The notes: generated by a model from the sequence alone, not told the origin. A DNA stretch of 64,000 nucleotides from an uncultured Mycoplasmatota bacterium (GCA_946486465.1 CAMLTY010000001.1:6679-70678), one strand, 5' to 3'; positions 1 through 10,869 are shown, counted from the stretch's first letter. Made by a program: numbers and translations.

Positions 1-148
1 TCAAGATATTCCTAATATTGCCAGTGAAGCGAAAGAAAAGCTAGACAAGATTAAACCAGTAACTTTGGGACAAGCAAGTAGAATTAGTGGTGTTAATCCA
101 TCAGATATCGCTATTATCTCTGTTTATTTAAAGAAAAGGGGAATCTAA
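1..148 (+). CDS. mnmG: tRNA uridine 5-carboxymethylaminomethyl modification enzyme MnmG (GidA), C-terminal fragment running off the window start
   Basis: Open frame ending TAA at 146-148; translation ...[42 protein letters not shown] matches the conserved MnmG C-terminus; sits upstream of rsmG as in most bacteria. Confidence 0.75.
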   Translation, partial: QDIPNIASEAKEKLDKIKPVTLGQASRISGVNPSDIAIISVYLKKRGI

Positions 149-796
149 ATGACTAAGGAAGATTTTATAAAAGAAGTAGAAAAGCTAGGTTTAAAGGTAA
201 CTGATGAAGAGTTAAAAAAGTTAGATATTATTTATAATACTTTAATAGAAACAAATAAAACTATGAACTTAACAAGAATAACTGAAGAAAGTGATGTCTA
301 TTTAAAACATTTCTATGATAGTCTAACTCTAGCCAAAGTATATGACCTATCAAAAGCTAAAACTCTATGTGATATTGGAACAGGAGCCGGCTTTCCTGGT
401 CTAGTCTTAAAAATATTTTATCCTAACTTAGAAATAACTTTAGTAGATTCTCTTTTAAAAAGAGTAAATTATCTTAATAACTTAATAGATAAATTACATC
501 TAACAGGTATAAAAGCCTATCATAATCGTGCTGAAGACTTAATAAAAGAAGGAAAAAAGTTTGATATAGTAACAGCAAGAGCTGTAGCAAACTTACCTAA
601 ACTACTATTATGGACAATGCCTTTAGTAAATAAAAATGGTAGTTTTCTTGCCATGAAAGGAAATGTTATTGAAGAATTAGAACTATCTAAAGATATTCTG
701 AAAAAACATAACTGGTATATTAATAATAAAGAGATATTTACTTTACCAAATAAGGAAGATGTAAGAACAATTTTAGAAATTAAAAATAAAGCCTAG
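149..796 (+). CDS. rsmG: 16S rRNA (guanine527-N7)-methyltransferase RsmG/GidB
   Basis: 215 aa; SAM-MTase motif DIGTGAGFPG; conserved mnmG-rsmG-noc-parAB order. Confidence 0.9.
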   Translation: MTKEDFIKEVEKLGLKVTDEELKKLDIIYNTLIETNKTMNLTRITEESDVYLKHFYDSLTLAKVYDLSKAKTLCDIGTGAGFPGLVLKIFYPNLEITLVDSLLKRVNYLNNLIDKLHLTGIKAYHNRAEDLIKEGKKFDIVTARAVANLPKLLLWTMPLVNKNGSFLAMKGNVIEELELSKDILKKHNWYINNKEIFTLPNKEDVRTILEIKNKA

Positions 797-822
797 CAAA
801 AATTAAAAATAAAGCCTAGCAA
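779..822 (+). repeat. Perfect 22-bp tandem duplication (AATTAAAAATAAAGCCTAGCAAA x2) spanning the rsmG stop codon
   Basis: Direct reading of 779-800 and 801-822. Confidence 0.6.
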
Positions 823-890
823 ACTAGTACAATTAATGATATAATGAGATTAGTAGAAAAATAAAAGAATAGAATAAAGAGGGTATGTAT

Positions 891-2336
891 ATGGATAATA
901 AAGAAAACGAAGTAGTATATTTACATTTAGATGATATAATTCCAAATAGATTTCAACCAAGACAAGTATTTGATGAAAAAGCTTTAAAAGAGTTAGCAGT
1001 ATCTATCAAAGAACATGGTGTAATTCAACCAATTATTGTTCGTAACATTGGCAATAAGTACGAAATAATAGCAGGAGAACGTCGTTATAAAGCCTCAGCT
1101 ATGGCAGGACTTACAACTATACCAGCTATTGTTCGTAATTTGGATGATAAAGAAAGTAGCAAAGTTGCTCTTCTCGAAAACTTACAACGTAAGAACTTAA
1201 ACCCAATCGAAGAAGCAAAAACATATCAAAAAATTCTTGAACTTGACCAAATGACTCAAGAAGAACTTGCTAAAACTATGGGTAAAAGTCAAAGTGCTGT
1301 TGCCAATAAACTACGTCTTTTATCTTTAACAGATGAAGTCCAAGATGCTCTTTTAAAAGACCAAATCTCAGAACGTCATGCTAGAGCCTTATTAAATGCC
1401 AAAGACCCTGAGACTCAAAAACAATTATTAAAAGAAGTTATAGATAAGAAAATGACTGTAAGAGAATTAGAGGAAAAAATAAATCCTAAAGAAGAAATAA
1501 CAAAAAGTGATATAGATGCCTTATTAAATCCATCACCTGTTAGTGCTACTATGCCTCAAACAAACTCTTTAAATGTTCCAACTAATACTAATAATACTAA
1601 TCCTAATAATGATTTTAATACAAGTGTAGGAATTGATTATTCAACTCCTCCAAAATTTATTGATTACGATGTACCAAATATAAATGATAACTTAGAGAGT
1701 ACTGCTAATAAATCTATTGATATAAATGCTATAAAAGATAATGCAAAAGATATAAATACATTAAATCCAACTAATGATACTAATGCTACTAATAATATTA
1801 GTGAGTTTTTAAAAGTTGCACCTAAAGAAGAGAAGAAAGAAGAAAAAGGTAATTTTAAATTTTTCTCACCTATGGAAGAAGAAACTAAAGAGGCACCCCA
1901 AAAACAAGAATCATCAGTATCCATGTTTGATGCCCCTGCTCCAACCAATGCTCCTTTCATCAATGATAATCCTTTTAACTTAGGAGGAGAGACTAAAGAT
2001 TTAAAAGATTCTACTAGTACATCTATGGATAACTTACTAGCAGGAGTTAATACCAATAACAATGCTTCTGTTAAAGATACACCATCAGTACCAAGTATAG
2101 ATACATTTAATAATCCATTCGCTCACAATCCAATCTTTAGCGACAATGTAAAAGCAAGTGAAGAACAACAAAAAGAAAATAAACCAAAATATACTCTAAA
2201 TGAATCTATAAATTTAGTAAGAGAAACTCTAAAGAAAATAGAAGAATCAGGCTTTAAAGTAGATAGTGAAGAAATGGACCTTGTTAATAACTATCAGATA
2301 ACTATTAAAATATCTAAAGAAAATAATAACAACTAA
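891..2336 (+). CDS. noc: ParB/Noc-family nucleoid-occlusion-like protein with a ~280-aa Asn/Thr/Pro-rich low-complexity C-terminal extension
   Basis: N-terminal ParB domain (IIAGERRYKA, GLTTIPAIVR) and HTH (ELAKTMGKSQSAVANKLRLL); located between rsmG and parA like Bacillus noc; start moved to ATG 891 for RBS spacing after agagggt. Confidence 0.7.
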   Translation: MDNKENEVVYLHLDDIIPNRFQPRQVFDEKALKELAVSIKEHGVIQPIIVRNIGNKYEIIAGERRYKASAMAGLTTIPAIVRNLDDKESSKVALLENLQRKNLNPIEEAKTYQKILELDQMTQEELAKTMGKSQSAVANKLRLLSLTDEVQDALLKDQISERHARALLNAKDPETQKQLLKEVIDKKMTVRELEEKINPKEEITKSDIDALLNPSPVSATMPQTNSLNVPTNTNNTNPNNDFNTSVGIDYSTPPKFIDYDVPNINDNLESTANKSIDINAIKDNAKDINTLNPTNDTNATNNISEFLKVAPKEEKKEEKGNFKFFSPMEEETKEAPQKQESSVSMFDAPAPTNAPFINDNPFNLGGETKDLKDSTSTSMDNLLAGVNTNNNASVKDTPSVPSIDTFNNPFAHNPIFSDNVKASEEQQKENKPKYTLNESINLVRETLKKIEESGFKVDSEEMDLVNNYQITIKISKENNNN

Positions 2337-2433
2337 AAAGTAGAGTTAAATCTACTTTTTTAGATAAAATTCTTTCCATAATAACATATTTTTGATACAA
2401 TAAAAAAGACAAATAGAAGAAGAGAGTGATAAA

Positions 2434-3222
2434 ATGGCAAAGGTAATTTCTTTAGTTAATCAAAAAGGTGGAGTAGGAAAGACAACAACAAGTATTAACC
2501 TTTCTGCCTCATTAGCATTCCTTGGTAAAAAAGTATTATTAATAGACTTAGACCCTCAAGGTAATACCACAACAGGAGTAGGAATAAATAAGGGAGATAT
2601 AGATGTAAGTGTATATGATGTTCTAACAAATAAATGCAGTACCAAAGATGCCATGATTAAAACTAAATATAAAAAACTATATGTACTACCTGCAACAATA
2701 AATTTAGCAGGTCTTGATATTGAACTACTTGAAAAAAGTCAGAGTGAACCTGGTTTTGCAAAAGGAGCCCAATTAAAATATCATCTAAAAGAGCTAGAAG
2801 ATGAAAATTTTGATTTTATAATAATAGATTGTCCTCCATCATTAGGATTAATCACAACAAATGCCCTAACAGCAAGTGACTCTGTTATTATTCCAGTTCA
2901 ATGTGAGTTCTTTGCTCTAGAAGGAATAATGCAATTACTAAATACAATAAGACTTGCTCAAAAACAATTAAATCCTAATCTAGATATAGAAGGAGTCTTA
3001 CTAACGATGTTAGATTCAAGAACTAACTTAGGTTTTGAAGTAGTAGATGATATTAGAAAGTTTTTCAAAGAAAAGGTATATAATACTATTATACCGAGAC
3101 TAATCAGATTAACAGAAGCTCCATCTCATGGAGAACCTATAATAGTATATGACCCTAAGAGTAAAGGCTCAGAAGCTTATCTAAACTTAGCAAAGGAAGT
3201 GATTGATAGAAATGGAAAATAA
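2434..3222 (+). CDS. soj: Chromosome partitioning ATPase ParA/Soj
   Basis: Deviant Walker A KGGVGKTTT; 262 aa; upstream of parB. Confidence 0.9.
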   Translation: MAKVISLVNQKGGVGKTTTSINLSASLAFLGKKVLLIDLDPQGNTTTGVGINKGDIDVSVYDVLTNKCSTKDAMIKTKYKKLYVLPATINLAGLDIELLEKSQSEPGFAKGAQLKYHLKELEDENFDFIIIDCPPSLGLITTNALTASDSVIIPVQCEFFALEGIMQLLNTIRLAQKQLNPNLDIEGVLLTMLDSRTNLGFEVVDDIRKFFKEKVYNTIIPRLIRLTEAPSHGEPIIVYDPKSKGSEAYLNLAKEVIDRNGK

Positions 3223-4099
3223 AAGGCGTGCTTTAGGAAAAGGTCTTGAAGAATTATTTAATAGTGAGCAATTAAATATTGCCGATGTAGAAGAAAAGAT
3301 AATAAATAACACTCCAAAAGACCAAATAGTAAATTTAAATTTAGATGAATTAAGAAGTAACCCTTATCAGCCTCGTAAAAACTTTGATGAAGAAAGTCTA
3401 AATGAATTAGCTTCATCTATCAAAGAGCATGGAGTATTTCAACCTATAATTGCTAAAAAAAGTATTAAAGGCTATGAAATAATTGCAGGAGAACGTCGTG
3501 TTAAAGCTTCAAGACTAGCAGGCTTAACTACTATACCAGCCATCATTAAAGACTTTACTGATGAAGAAATGATGGAAATAGCTTTACTTGAAAACTTACA
3601 AAGAGAAAACTTAAGTGCTATGGAAGAAGCAGAAGCCTATAATGCCTTAAAGACTAGACTTAATCTAACACAAGAAGAACTTGCTAAGAAAGTAGGTAAA
3701 TCAAGAAGTCATATTACTAATATGCTAGGACTTTTAACTTTGCCTAATGAAATAAAAGACGAAGTAGTAAAAGGTGAACTAAGTATGGGACATGCTAGAG
3801 TCCTAAGTAAGCTTGAAGATAAAGAGCAAGCTATAAGTCTAGCAGAAAAGACAATAAATGAAAATCTAAGTGTTAGAAGACTAGAAGAGTTAACCAATTC
3901 TAAAGAAGAATATCATCGTAAAAAAGAAATAACACCTCATAAATCAAAAGCTAAAGATAATGAATACTCTTACTTAGAAAGTGATTTATGTGAAAAACTA
4001 GGTACAAAAGTAAAGATAAGAAATAATAAACTAGAAATAAGTTTTACAAATGCTAATGACTTAACAAGAATACTAGAAATAATGCATTTAGATAAATAA
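3212..4099 (+). CDS. spo0J: Chromosome partitioning protein ParB/Spo0J
   Basis: ParB N-domain IIAGERRVKA, GLTTIPAII; HTH LAKKVGKSRSHITNMLGLL; start uncertain (TTG 3203 or ATG 3212). Confidence 0.85.
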   Translation: MENKRRALGKGLEELFNSEQLNIADVEEKIINNTPKDQIVNLNLDELRSNPYQPRKNFDEESLNELASSIKEHGVFQPIIAKKSIKGYEIIAGERRVKASRLAGLTTIPAIIKDFTDEEMMEIALLENLQRENLSAMEEAEAYNALKTRLNLTQEELAKKVGKSRSHITNMLGLLTLPNEIKDEVVKGELSMGHARVLSKLEDKEQAISLAEKTINENLSVRRLEELTNSKEEYHRKKEITPHKSKAKDNEYSYLESDLCEKLGTKVKIRNNKLEISFTNANDLTRILEIMHLDK

Positions 4100-4113
4100 A
4101 GGAGGTAATCCCC

Positions 4114-4920
4114 TTGCAAGAATTCTTAGACTCTGAAATATTTATATATCTAGTAAGACCTATAATCTATATTGCCCTTGCCTATATTTTCTACAAAGTA
4201 ATAACATTTTTTCTTACTAAAGCTTTACATACTAAATATTTAAAAAATAAGAATAAAAAACGGGTAAATACAACTTTAAGTCTTATAAATAACTGCTTAA
4301 AGTATATAATAATATTTTTAACAATATTAGTTATACTTAATAGTTTTGGTATTAATGTAAGTAGTATCTTAGCAGGTTTAGGAATAGTCGCCGCTGTTCT
4401 TACTCTAGCCTTCCAAGACTTAGCAAAAGACTTTATCGCTGGTATTTCTATTGTCATGGAAGACCAATTTGAAATAGGTGATAATGTCATGATTAATGGC
4501 TTTCGTGGTGATGTTATAGAAATGGGACTTAAGACAACTAGAATAAAAGATTATAAAGGTGCAGTCCAAATAATATCAAATCACATGATAACAGAAGTTA
4601 CTAACTATAGTTTAAATCCATCCCTAGCCGAAGTTACAATCTCTGTAGATTCTGATAATAACTTAGATAAAGTTGAGAAGATTATTAGAAAAACTATGGA
4701 TACAATTGATAAAACTTATGATTTTCTTAAAGGAAATACTGAACTATGGGGAGTTGAGATGCTAGAACAAAATGCAGTAACATATAAATTAGCAGTTAAA
4801 ACTAAGACTGGAAAAGACTTTGATGTTCAAAGAAAGATGAGAAAAGACTTACAAGATGCTTTAACTAAAGCAGGTATTAAGATGCCACAAACACATATGG
4901 AGGTTCGTAATGGAAAGTAA
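4114..4920 (+). CDS. MscS-family small-conductance mechanosensitive channel
   Basis: TTG start 9 nt after AGGAGG; N-terminal TM helices then MscS beta-domain-like region (ISIVMEDQFEIGDNVMINGFRGDVIEMGLKTTRIKDYKGA). Confidence 0.7.
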   Translation: MQEFLDSEIFIYLVRPIIYIALAYIFYKVITFFLTKALHTKYLKNKNKKRVNTTLSLINNCLKYIIIFLTILVILNSFGINVSSILAGLGIVAAVLTLAFQDLAKDFIAGISIVMEDQFEIGDNVMINGFRGDVIEMGLKTTRIKDYKGAVQIISNHMITEVTNYSLNPSLAEVTISVDSDNNLDKVEKIIRKTMDTIDKTYDFLKGNTELWGVEMLEQNAVTYKLAVKTKTGKDFDVQRKMRKDLQDALTKAGIKMPQTHMEVRNGK

Positions 4921-5116
4921 AACATATAAATTAGGAGATAGACTAGTCTTAAAAAAAGGCCATCCTTGTGGTGCTAATGACTGGGAAGTAGTTAAACTAG
5001 GAGCCGATATCAAACTAAAATGTAGAAATTGTGGTAGATTAGTATTTATACCAAGAATAGAGTTAAATAAAAAGATAAAGAAAATAATAGAAAAGGAGAA
5101 TGAAGATGCATCATAA
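4910..5116 (+). CDS. DUF951-family small protein (YyzM-like)
   Basis: 68 aa; C-x2-C...C-x2-C pattern (HPCGAN...CRNCGR); DUF951 genes lie near parB in Bacilli. Confidence 0.55.
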   Translation: MESKTYKLGDRLVLKKGHPCGANDWEVVKLGADIKLKCRNCGRLVFIPRIELNKKIKKIIEKENEDAS

Positions 5117-6713
5117 TAGAAGAAAATTAAAATTAAAAAAATTCTATCTCCATCCTATTACCATTTATCTACTATTAACATTTCTTGTTTTAGTACTAAG
5201 TGCTATTCTTTCAGCTTTTCAAATGCAAGCGACTTATAATACAATAAGTCCTACAACTAATGAATTAGAAAGTACCTTAGTTACCGTAGAAAATTTACTA
5301 AACTTTGATGGTATGAAATATATATTTAGTAATGCTATGACTAACTTCTTATCTTTTGCACCACTAGGTATGTTATTACTAACTCTATTTGGTCTTAGTA
5401 TTGCAAAATCAACTGGTTTTCTAGATACTCTATGTAAAAGATGTTTAATTAAGATAGATAAAAAAATATTAACATTTATTATTATTTTTATAGCAACTAT
5501 CTCATCTTTAATAAATGATGTAGGTTATGTTATCTTAATACCAATATCTGCTATGTTATTTTTACTTAACAATAGAAATCCATATCTAGGAATAATAGCA
5601 GCCTTTGCAGGTGTTAGTTTTGGTTATGGAGTATCTATCTTTGTAGGAAGTATGGAAGTTAATCTAATACCAGATACCACTACAGCCGCTCGTCTAATAG
5701 ATGCTTCAGCTCATGTTAGTCTAACATCAAATCTATTTATAATAATTGCTTTTTCCCTTATTTTGTCAATAGTTGGAACTATTATAATAGAAAAGATAAT
5801 CGCTCCTCGTCTTGGTAAATATAAAGAAAAAGAAGAATTATCTAAAACAGAAGAATTAGTTGTTGTAGATGAAATAGATGCTAAAGAATTAGAACAACAA
5901 AAAATAGAGAAAGAAAGACGTGAAAAAAGAGGACTTAAAGCCGCTATCATAACAGGAATAATAGTAATAATTTTATTTATCTATTCTATAATACCAAATT
6001 TGCCATATTCAGGAATGTTACTTGATATGGAAGAAGATACTTATCTTGGTCAATTATTTGGTACTAACTCTTATTTTCAAGATGGCTTTACTTATATGAT
6101 GGCTTTACTTCTAACTCTAGTTGGTATTGCCTATGGAATAGGTGCTAAAAGTATTAAGAACGATAAAGATATCATTAATGGTTGTAAAGAAACATTCGCC
6201 CCTATGGGAGAAATATTAATGTTAATCTTTGTTGTATCACAGTTTACTTCCGTATTTAGAGAAACAAATATCGGAACAGTTATTGCCTCTTGGTGTGCTA
6301 GTGCTGTAGGTAATATTGGCTTTACAGGCCTACCTTTAATAATATTCGCTATTATTATGATAGGACTTGCTAATCTTTTTGTCCCAACTGCAAGTGCTAA
6401 ATGGCAAATATTCGCCCCAGTTATGGTTCCTGCCTTTATGCAGTCAAACTTATCTGCCCCATTCGCACAGTTCATCTTAAGAGCAGGTACTTCAATAACA
6501 GCAGGAATAACTCCATTACTAGCATGCTTTGCCATTTATATAGGTTACTTAAATGTTTATAACTCAGATAAGACAAAACCAATAACAATTCATAAAAGTA
6601 TAAGTTATCTTTTACCATACTTTGGAATAATCGCCATAACTTGGATTTTACTAATAATAGGTTGGTACTTAATAGGACTACCACTAGGTCCAGGAGTATA
6701 TGCCACAATTTAA
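5106..6713 (+). CDS. AbgT-family (p-aminobenzoyl-glutamate-type) transporter
   Basis: ~535 aa polytopic membrane protein; N-terminal region NLLNFDGMKYIFSNAMTNFLSFAPLGMLLLTLFGLSIAKSTGFLD matches the AbgT signature; ATG 5106 is 6 nt after GGAGA. Confidence 0.65.
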   Translation: MHHNRRKLKLKKFYLHPITIYLLLTFLVLVLSAILSAFQMQATYNTISPTTNELESTLVTVENLLNFDGMKYIFSNAMTNFLSFAPLGMLLLTLFGLSIAKSTGFLDTLCKRCLIKIDKKILTFIIIFIATISSLINDVGYVILIPISAMLFLLNNRNPYLGIIAAFAGVSFGYGVSIFVGSMEVNLIPDTTTAARLIDASAHVSLTSNLFIIIAFSLILSIVGTIIIEKIIAPRLGKYKEKEELSKTEELVVVDEIDAKELEQQKIEKERREKRGLKAAIITGIIVIILFIYSIIPNLPYSGMLLDMEEDTYLGQLFGTNSYFQDGFTYMMALLLTLVGIAYGIGAKSIKNDKDIINGCKETFAPMGEILMLIFVVSQFTSVFRETNIGTVIASWCASAVGNIGFTGLPLIIFAIIMIGLANLFVPTASAKWQIFAPVMVPAFMQSNLSAPFAQFILRAGTSITAGITPLLACFAIYIGYLNVYNSDKTKPITIHKSISYLLPYFGIIAITWILLIIGWYLIGLPLGPGVYATI

Positions 6714-6787
6714 ATACCGCAAGGTATTTTTTTCTTTTAAAAGATATAAAACAATGCTATAATATGAAGAAGAAAAGAGGTAATATT

Positions 6788-7885
6788 ATGAGTTTAAAAG
6801 CAGGAATTATAGGACTACCAAATGTAGGTAAAAGTACATTGTTTAATGCCCTAACAAAAACCCACATCTTAGCAGAAAACTATCCCTTTGCAACAATTGA
6901 TCCAAATGTTGGAATAGTAAATGTTAAAGATGAAAGAATTGATAAATTATCAAGCATGTACAATCCTAAGAGAACAATATATACAAGTTATGAGTTTATT
7001 GATATAGCAGGACTTGTCAAAGGTGCAAGCAAAGGAGAAGGACTAGGTAATAAGTTCTTATCACATATAAGAGAAGTAGATGCCATCTGTGAAGTAGTAA
7101 GATGTTTTGATAATGGTAATATAATCCATGTCGATGGTAATGTAGACCCTATAAGAGATATTGAAACAATTAATCTAGAATTAGTCCTAGCAGACTTAGA
7201 AACAGTAACTAATAGAATAGGTAGAATTAGTAAAAAAGCTAGAATGAGTAAAGATAAAGATGAACTTTTAGAGTATGAAACCCTAGAAAAACTAAGAAAA
7301 GCTTTAGAAGAAAATACCCCAATAAGACTAATTGACTTAACAAAAGAAGAGAAATCTATCATCAAAAGTTTTAATCTTCTAACCGAAAAACCATTGATTT
7401 ATCTTGCAAATGTTAATGAAAGTGATTTAGGTACAGATAATGACTATGTTAAAAAAGTTAAAGAATATGCTAGTAAAGAAAATGCTAAAGTAATAGAAAT
7501 ATGTGCTAAAGTAGAAGAAGAGTTAAGTGAACTAGAAGATGAGGATGCTAAAGAAATGTTAGAAGCTTTAGGACTAGAAAAAAGTGGGCTAGACTCTCTC
7601 ATCGCTGCAACCTATGACTTATTAGGACTTGCCACATATTTTACAGTAGGACCTGATGAAGTAAGAGCATGGACTTTCAAAAAGGGAATGAACGCCAAAA
7701 GCTGTGCCGGTATTATCCACACTGACTTTGAAAAAGGTTTTATTAAAGCAGAAGTTATCTCATATGAAGATTTAATAGAGTGTGGAAGTGAATTAAAAGC
7801 AAGAGAAGCAGGTAAAGCAAGACTTGAAGGAAAAGATTATCTAATGCAAGATGGAGATATCTGTCACTTTAGATTTAATGTATAG
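6788..7885 (+). CDS. ychF: Ribosome-binding ATPase YchF (Obg family)
   Basis: [24 protein letters not shown]1 motif; C-terminal TGS domain; track ORF start 6641 is upstream of the real RBS/ATG at 6788. Confidence 0.9.
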   Translation: MSLKAGIIGLPNVGKSTLFNALTKTHILAENYPFATIDPNVGIVNVKDERIDKLSSMYNPKRTIYTSYEFIDIAGLVKGASKGEGLGNKFLSHIREVDAICEVVRCFDNGNIIHVDGNVDPIRDIETINLELVLADLETVTNRIGRISKKARMSKDKDELLEYETLEKLRKALEENTPIRLIDLTKEEKSIIKSFNLLTEKPLIYLANVNESDLGTDNDYVKKVKEYASKENAKVIEICAKVEEELSELEDEDAKEMLEALGLEKSGLDSLIAATYDLLGLATYFTVGPDEVRAWTFKKGMNAKSCAGIIHTDFEKGFIKAEVISYEDLIECGSELKAREAGKARLEGKDYLMQDGDICHFRFNV

Positions 7886-7898
7886 GGGGGGAAAATTT

Positions 7899-8540
7899 AT
7901 GTATTATATTGAAGAAACAGATACTGAAGTAATTAAATACGAAGTAGAAATTGATAAAGATAATTTACTAAAGTTAAAAGAAAAAATAATAGATGAATGT
8001 AGTGCAATTGAACACAAAAAAACAAATCAAGCAGAAGGCTTATTAGAACCTAGTTTTTTTGAAGGAAGAGATATTAGAAATTATAAAGAAATAAGAATAG
8101 GTAGAAAAGAATATTTTGATGGACCAGACGAAGACATTTATGAAATAGAATATGATGAATATCATCATACAGACATTGTAAGATATATAGATTATTTATT
8201 AAATGGTGCTCCTTTAGGTATAAGCTTATTAAAAGATTATTCTTCCTCTTGTAAACCAATAACACTTCTAAAAAATAGTGAATTAGAGGAAAAAAATACT
8301 ATAAAAAAAGAATTAAAAAAGCCATTAAAAGAAATGAAAATATCATCTTTAAAACAAAGCATTAATAGTTTAGAATTATTAAAAGAAGAAATAGAACTAA
8401 ATAAAAATCAAGTAAGTGATAATAGATATTATGATGCTGTAATGAAATGCATAACCTTAACAGAAGTTGATAGAATAAATAAAGATGCTATTAAAAGAGT
8501 AAAAGAATTTCAAGGAACTAGCTATACTAAGAAAAAATAA
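7899..8540 (+). CDS. Hypothetical protein (acidic; no recognisable domain)
   Basis: ORF with G-rich RBS (gggggggaaaa) before ATG 7899; inserted between ychF and rpsF, where Bacillus has no gene. Confidence 0.45.
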   Translation: MYYIEETDTEVIKYEVEIDKDNLLKLKEKIIDECSAIEHKKTNQAEGLLEPSFFEGRDIRNYKEIRIGRKEYFDGPDEDIYEIEYDEYHHTDIVRYIDYLLNGAPLGISLLKDYSSSCKPITLLKNSELEEKNTIKKELKKPLKEMKISSLKQSINSLELLKEEIELNKNQVSDNRYYDAVMKCITLTEVDRINKDAIKRVKEFQGTSYTKKK

Positions 8541-8711
8541 GTGATATAAATTTAGAAATACTAAAGAATTAACAATAAGTTCTCATAATTAATCATAAAA
8601 AACAAAGAAAAAGATAGACTTTTCTTTTTTCTTTTGCTATAATACTAGCGAGTATTTAAAATGCTCCTTACCTAGAAATAGGTCTTATGTCCAGAAGGAG
8701 GTGTACGTTTA

Positions 8712-8999
8712 ATGACAAATTATGAAATCATGTTTATCGTTAAACCAGATTTAGATGAGGCTGCAATTAAAAAAGAAGCAGAAAATCTAAAGAAAGTTTT
8801 AACTGATAGAAAATGTAAGATTAATGAAGAAAAAGCAATGGGACAAAAAGAGTTAGCTTATGAAATGAACAAATATAAAAATGGTTATTATTTCTTATAT
8901 GTTGTAGAAGCAACTCATGAAGCAATTTCTGAATTTGACCGTCTAGCTCGTCTAAATGAAAATATTTTACGTCATTTAGTTATTAGAGTAGACGATTAA
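8712..8999 (+). CDS. rpsF: 30S ribosomal protein S6
   Basis: [16 protein letters not shown]... canonical S6; rpsF-ssb-rpsR operon order. Confidence 0.95.
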   Translation: MTNYEIMFIVKPDLDEAAIKKEAENLKKVLTDRKCKINEEKAMGQKELAYEMNKYKNGYYFLYVVEATHEAISEFDRLARLNENILRHLVIRVDD

Positions 9000-9013
9000 G
9001 AAAAGAGGTATTT

Positions 9014-9529
9014 ATGAATAAAGTATTTTTAATAGGTCGCTTAACTCGTGACCCTGAACTTCGTTATACTGGTAATAATACAGCAGTAGCAAGTTTTACT
9101 ATCGCTGTTAATAGAACTTATACTAACCAAGCAGGAGAGCGTGAAGCAGATTTTATACCAGTTGTAGTATGGCGTAGACAAGCTGAAAGTGTTAAAAACT
9201 ACTTATCACAAGGTAGTCAAGTAGCAGTAGAAGGGCGTATTCAAGTGCGTAATTATGATGACCAAAATGGACAACGTCGTTACGTTACTGAAGTAATCGC
9301 TGATAGTGTTGAATTTATTGGTTCAAAAAGAGATAATAATGGCTCTCAAGGAACTAATACTAACAACTATAACAGTGGAGTAACATCCGCTCCATCTACT
9401 CCATCAGAACCTACTCCATATGACTTTACTGATACATCATCATCAAATAATGGAACAGATATTTCAAATGACCCATATAAAGACTTTGGAGCAAGCATTG
9501 AAATAGATGATAGTGAATTACCATTTTAA
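9014..9529 (+). CDS. ssb: Single-stranded DNA-binding protein
   Basis: [21 protein letters not shown]-fold; acidic C-terminal tail ending DDSELPF. Confidence 0.95.
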   Translation: MNKVFLIGRLTRDPELRYTGNNTAVASFTIAVNRTYTNQAGEREADFIPVVVWRRQAESVKNYLSQGSQVAVEGRIQVRNYDDQNGQRRYVTEVIADSVEFIGSKRDNNGSQGTNTNNYNSGVTSAPSTPSEPTPYDFTDTSSSNNGTDISNDPYKDFGASIEIDDSELPF

Positions 9530-9548
9530 AAGAAGGGAGGAATAGTCT

Positions 9549-9785
9549 ATGGCTAAAGACTTTAAAGAACATAAAGAATTTGGACGTCGTAAAAAGAAAG
9601 TATGTATAATGTGTGCTGGAAAAGACGTTAACTATAAAGATGTTGATACATTAAGAAGATTTATTAACGATAGAGGTAAAATTGTTCCTCGTCGTGTAAC
9701 AGGAACTTGTGCTCGTCATCAAAGACATATAGCAAGAGAAATTAAAAGAGCAAGAGCTATTGGTCTATTACCATTTACTAAGTAA
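9549..9785 (+). CDS. rpsR: 30S ribosomal protein S18
   Basis: 78 aa; ...[29 protein letters not shown]. Confidence 0.95.
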   Translation: MAKDFKEHKEFGRRKKKVCIMCAGKDVNYKDVDTLRRFINDRGKIVPRRVTGTCARHQRHIAREIKRARAIGLLPFTK

Positions 9786-9810
9786 ATAGAAACATCTATT
9801 TACTTTTTTC
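9784..9810 (+). terminator. Rho-independent terminator after rpsR
   Basis: AAATAGA-aacat-CTATTTA stem followed by CTTTTTTC. Confidence 0.6.
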
Positions 9811-9875
9811 ATTACAAGTTTTACTTCTACCTTAAAATAGTATATAATATTAACAAGGGATAAAAGGAGGATCTA

Positions 9876-10868
9876 ATGAAATTAATAGAAAGAAAAAAAG
9901 AACTAAAGCAAAAATTAAAATCTGCAAAAACAGTTTTTATTATGGCTCATAAAGATTTAGATTTAGATGCCTTAGGAAGTTCTATAGGTCTTTACATTAT
10001 CTTAGAAAAACTAAATAAAAATTGTTTTCTAATTATTAATGATACAAAGCATGAATCTGGTGTCTCTAAAGTATTTAAAGAACTAGAAGGATGCCTAAAT
10101 ATAATTAAAGATAGTGAAATAGAAGATAATCTTTATATAAGAAGTAAGAAAAATCTATTAGTAATATTAGATACAAATAAAGAAGAATTGGTCCAAGCAA
10201 GAGATGCTATTAACTATTTTGATAAAGAAAATATAGTAATATTAGACCATCACGAACTAGGAGAAACATCAATTGATGCTGGACTTATGATAATAGATAA
10301 TGATATCTCTAGTACTTGTGAAATGATTACTAATCTAATAGAAGCCTATAAAATGGAACTTGACCCTTATTATGCAACTCTTTTATTATCAGGAATTGTC
10401 TTAGATACTAATAACTTTACATTAAAAACAAATTCTGAGACTTACTATGCGGCCTATTACTTATCAAGTATGGGTGCCAGTACTAAGAAAGTTCAGTATC
10501 TATTAAAACAAGATTTAAAAGAGTACATTGAAAGACAAAAAGTAATTACTAATGTCGATATTATAAATAATAGAATCGCTATCGCTAAAGGTAGTCCTTA
10601 CATGGTATATCGAAAAGAAGATATCGCTAAAATAGCCGATACCCTTCTATTCTTTAACGATATAGAAGCATCATTCGTTATTGCCAAAACTACTTCTAAA
10701 ACCATCTCTATTAGTGGCAGAAGTCTAGGTAACTATGACATTTCTAAAATACTTACCCCATTAGGTGGAGGCGGAAACAAGACCGTAGGGGCAACACGAA
10801 TAAGTGATAGTACTATTAGTAAAGTAGAAACTAAACTAAAACAAATCTTAAAAAAAGAGGAGGAATAG
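9876..10868 (+). CDS. DHH/DHHA1-family phosphoesterase (short GdpP/NrnA-like; candidate c-di-AMP or nanoRNA phosphodiesterase)
   Basis: DHH motif ILDHHE and DHHA1 glycine motif [13 protein letters not shown]; occupies the conserved rpsR-[gdpP]-rplI slot but lacks the TM/PAS/GGDEF region of Bacillus GdpP. Confidence 0.75.
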   Translation: MKLIERKKELKQKLKSAKTVFIMAHKDLDLDALGSSIGLYIILEKLNKNCFLIINDTKHESGVSKVFKELEGCLNIIKDSEIEDNLYIRSKKNLLVILDTNKEELVQARDAINYFDKENIVILDHHELGETSIDAGLMIIDNDISSTCEMITNLIEAYKMELDPYYATLLLSGIVLDTNNFTLKTNSETYYAAYYLSSMGASTKKVQYLLKQDLKEYIERQKVITNVDIINNRIAIAKGSPYMVYRKEDIAKIADTLLFFNDIEASFVIAKTTSKTISISGRSLGNYDISKILTPLGGGGNKTVGATRISDSTISKVETKLKQILKKEEE

Positions 10869-10869
10869 C

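Noticed and set aside
1664-2062. Antisense and shadow ORFs inside larger genes (1664-2062, 3709-3897, 4191-4490, 5711-5950, 6131-6708, 6988-7365, 8074-8265, 13804-14109, 14849-15034, 20980-21183, 27076-27270, 27425-27679, 28642-28845, 29103-29363, 31091-31396, 35318-36118, 36880-37080, 40471-41220, 42233-42445, 45431-45619, 46053-46247, 54443-54625, 55180-55437, 60955-61538, 62599-63036)
   Set aside because: They lie wholly within, or opposite to, well-supported conserved genes, have low-complexity compositions typical of AT-rich shadow frames, and lack an RBS
8640-8711. Structured rpsF leader (S6:S18 autoregulatory RNA motif)
   Set aside because: Position is right and the leader is about 70 nt after a TGcTATAAT promoter, but I cannot verify the conserved fold by eye
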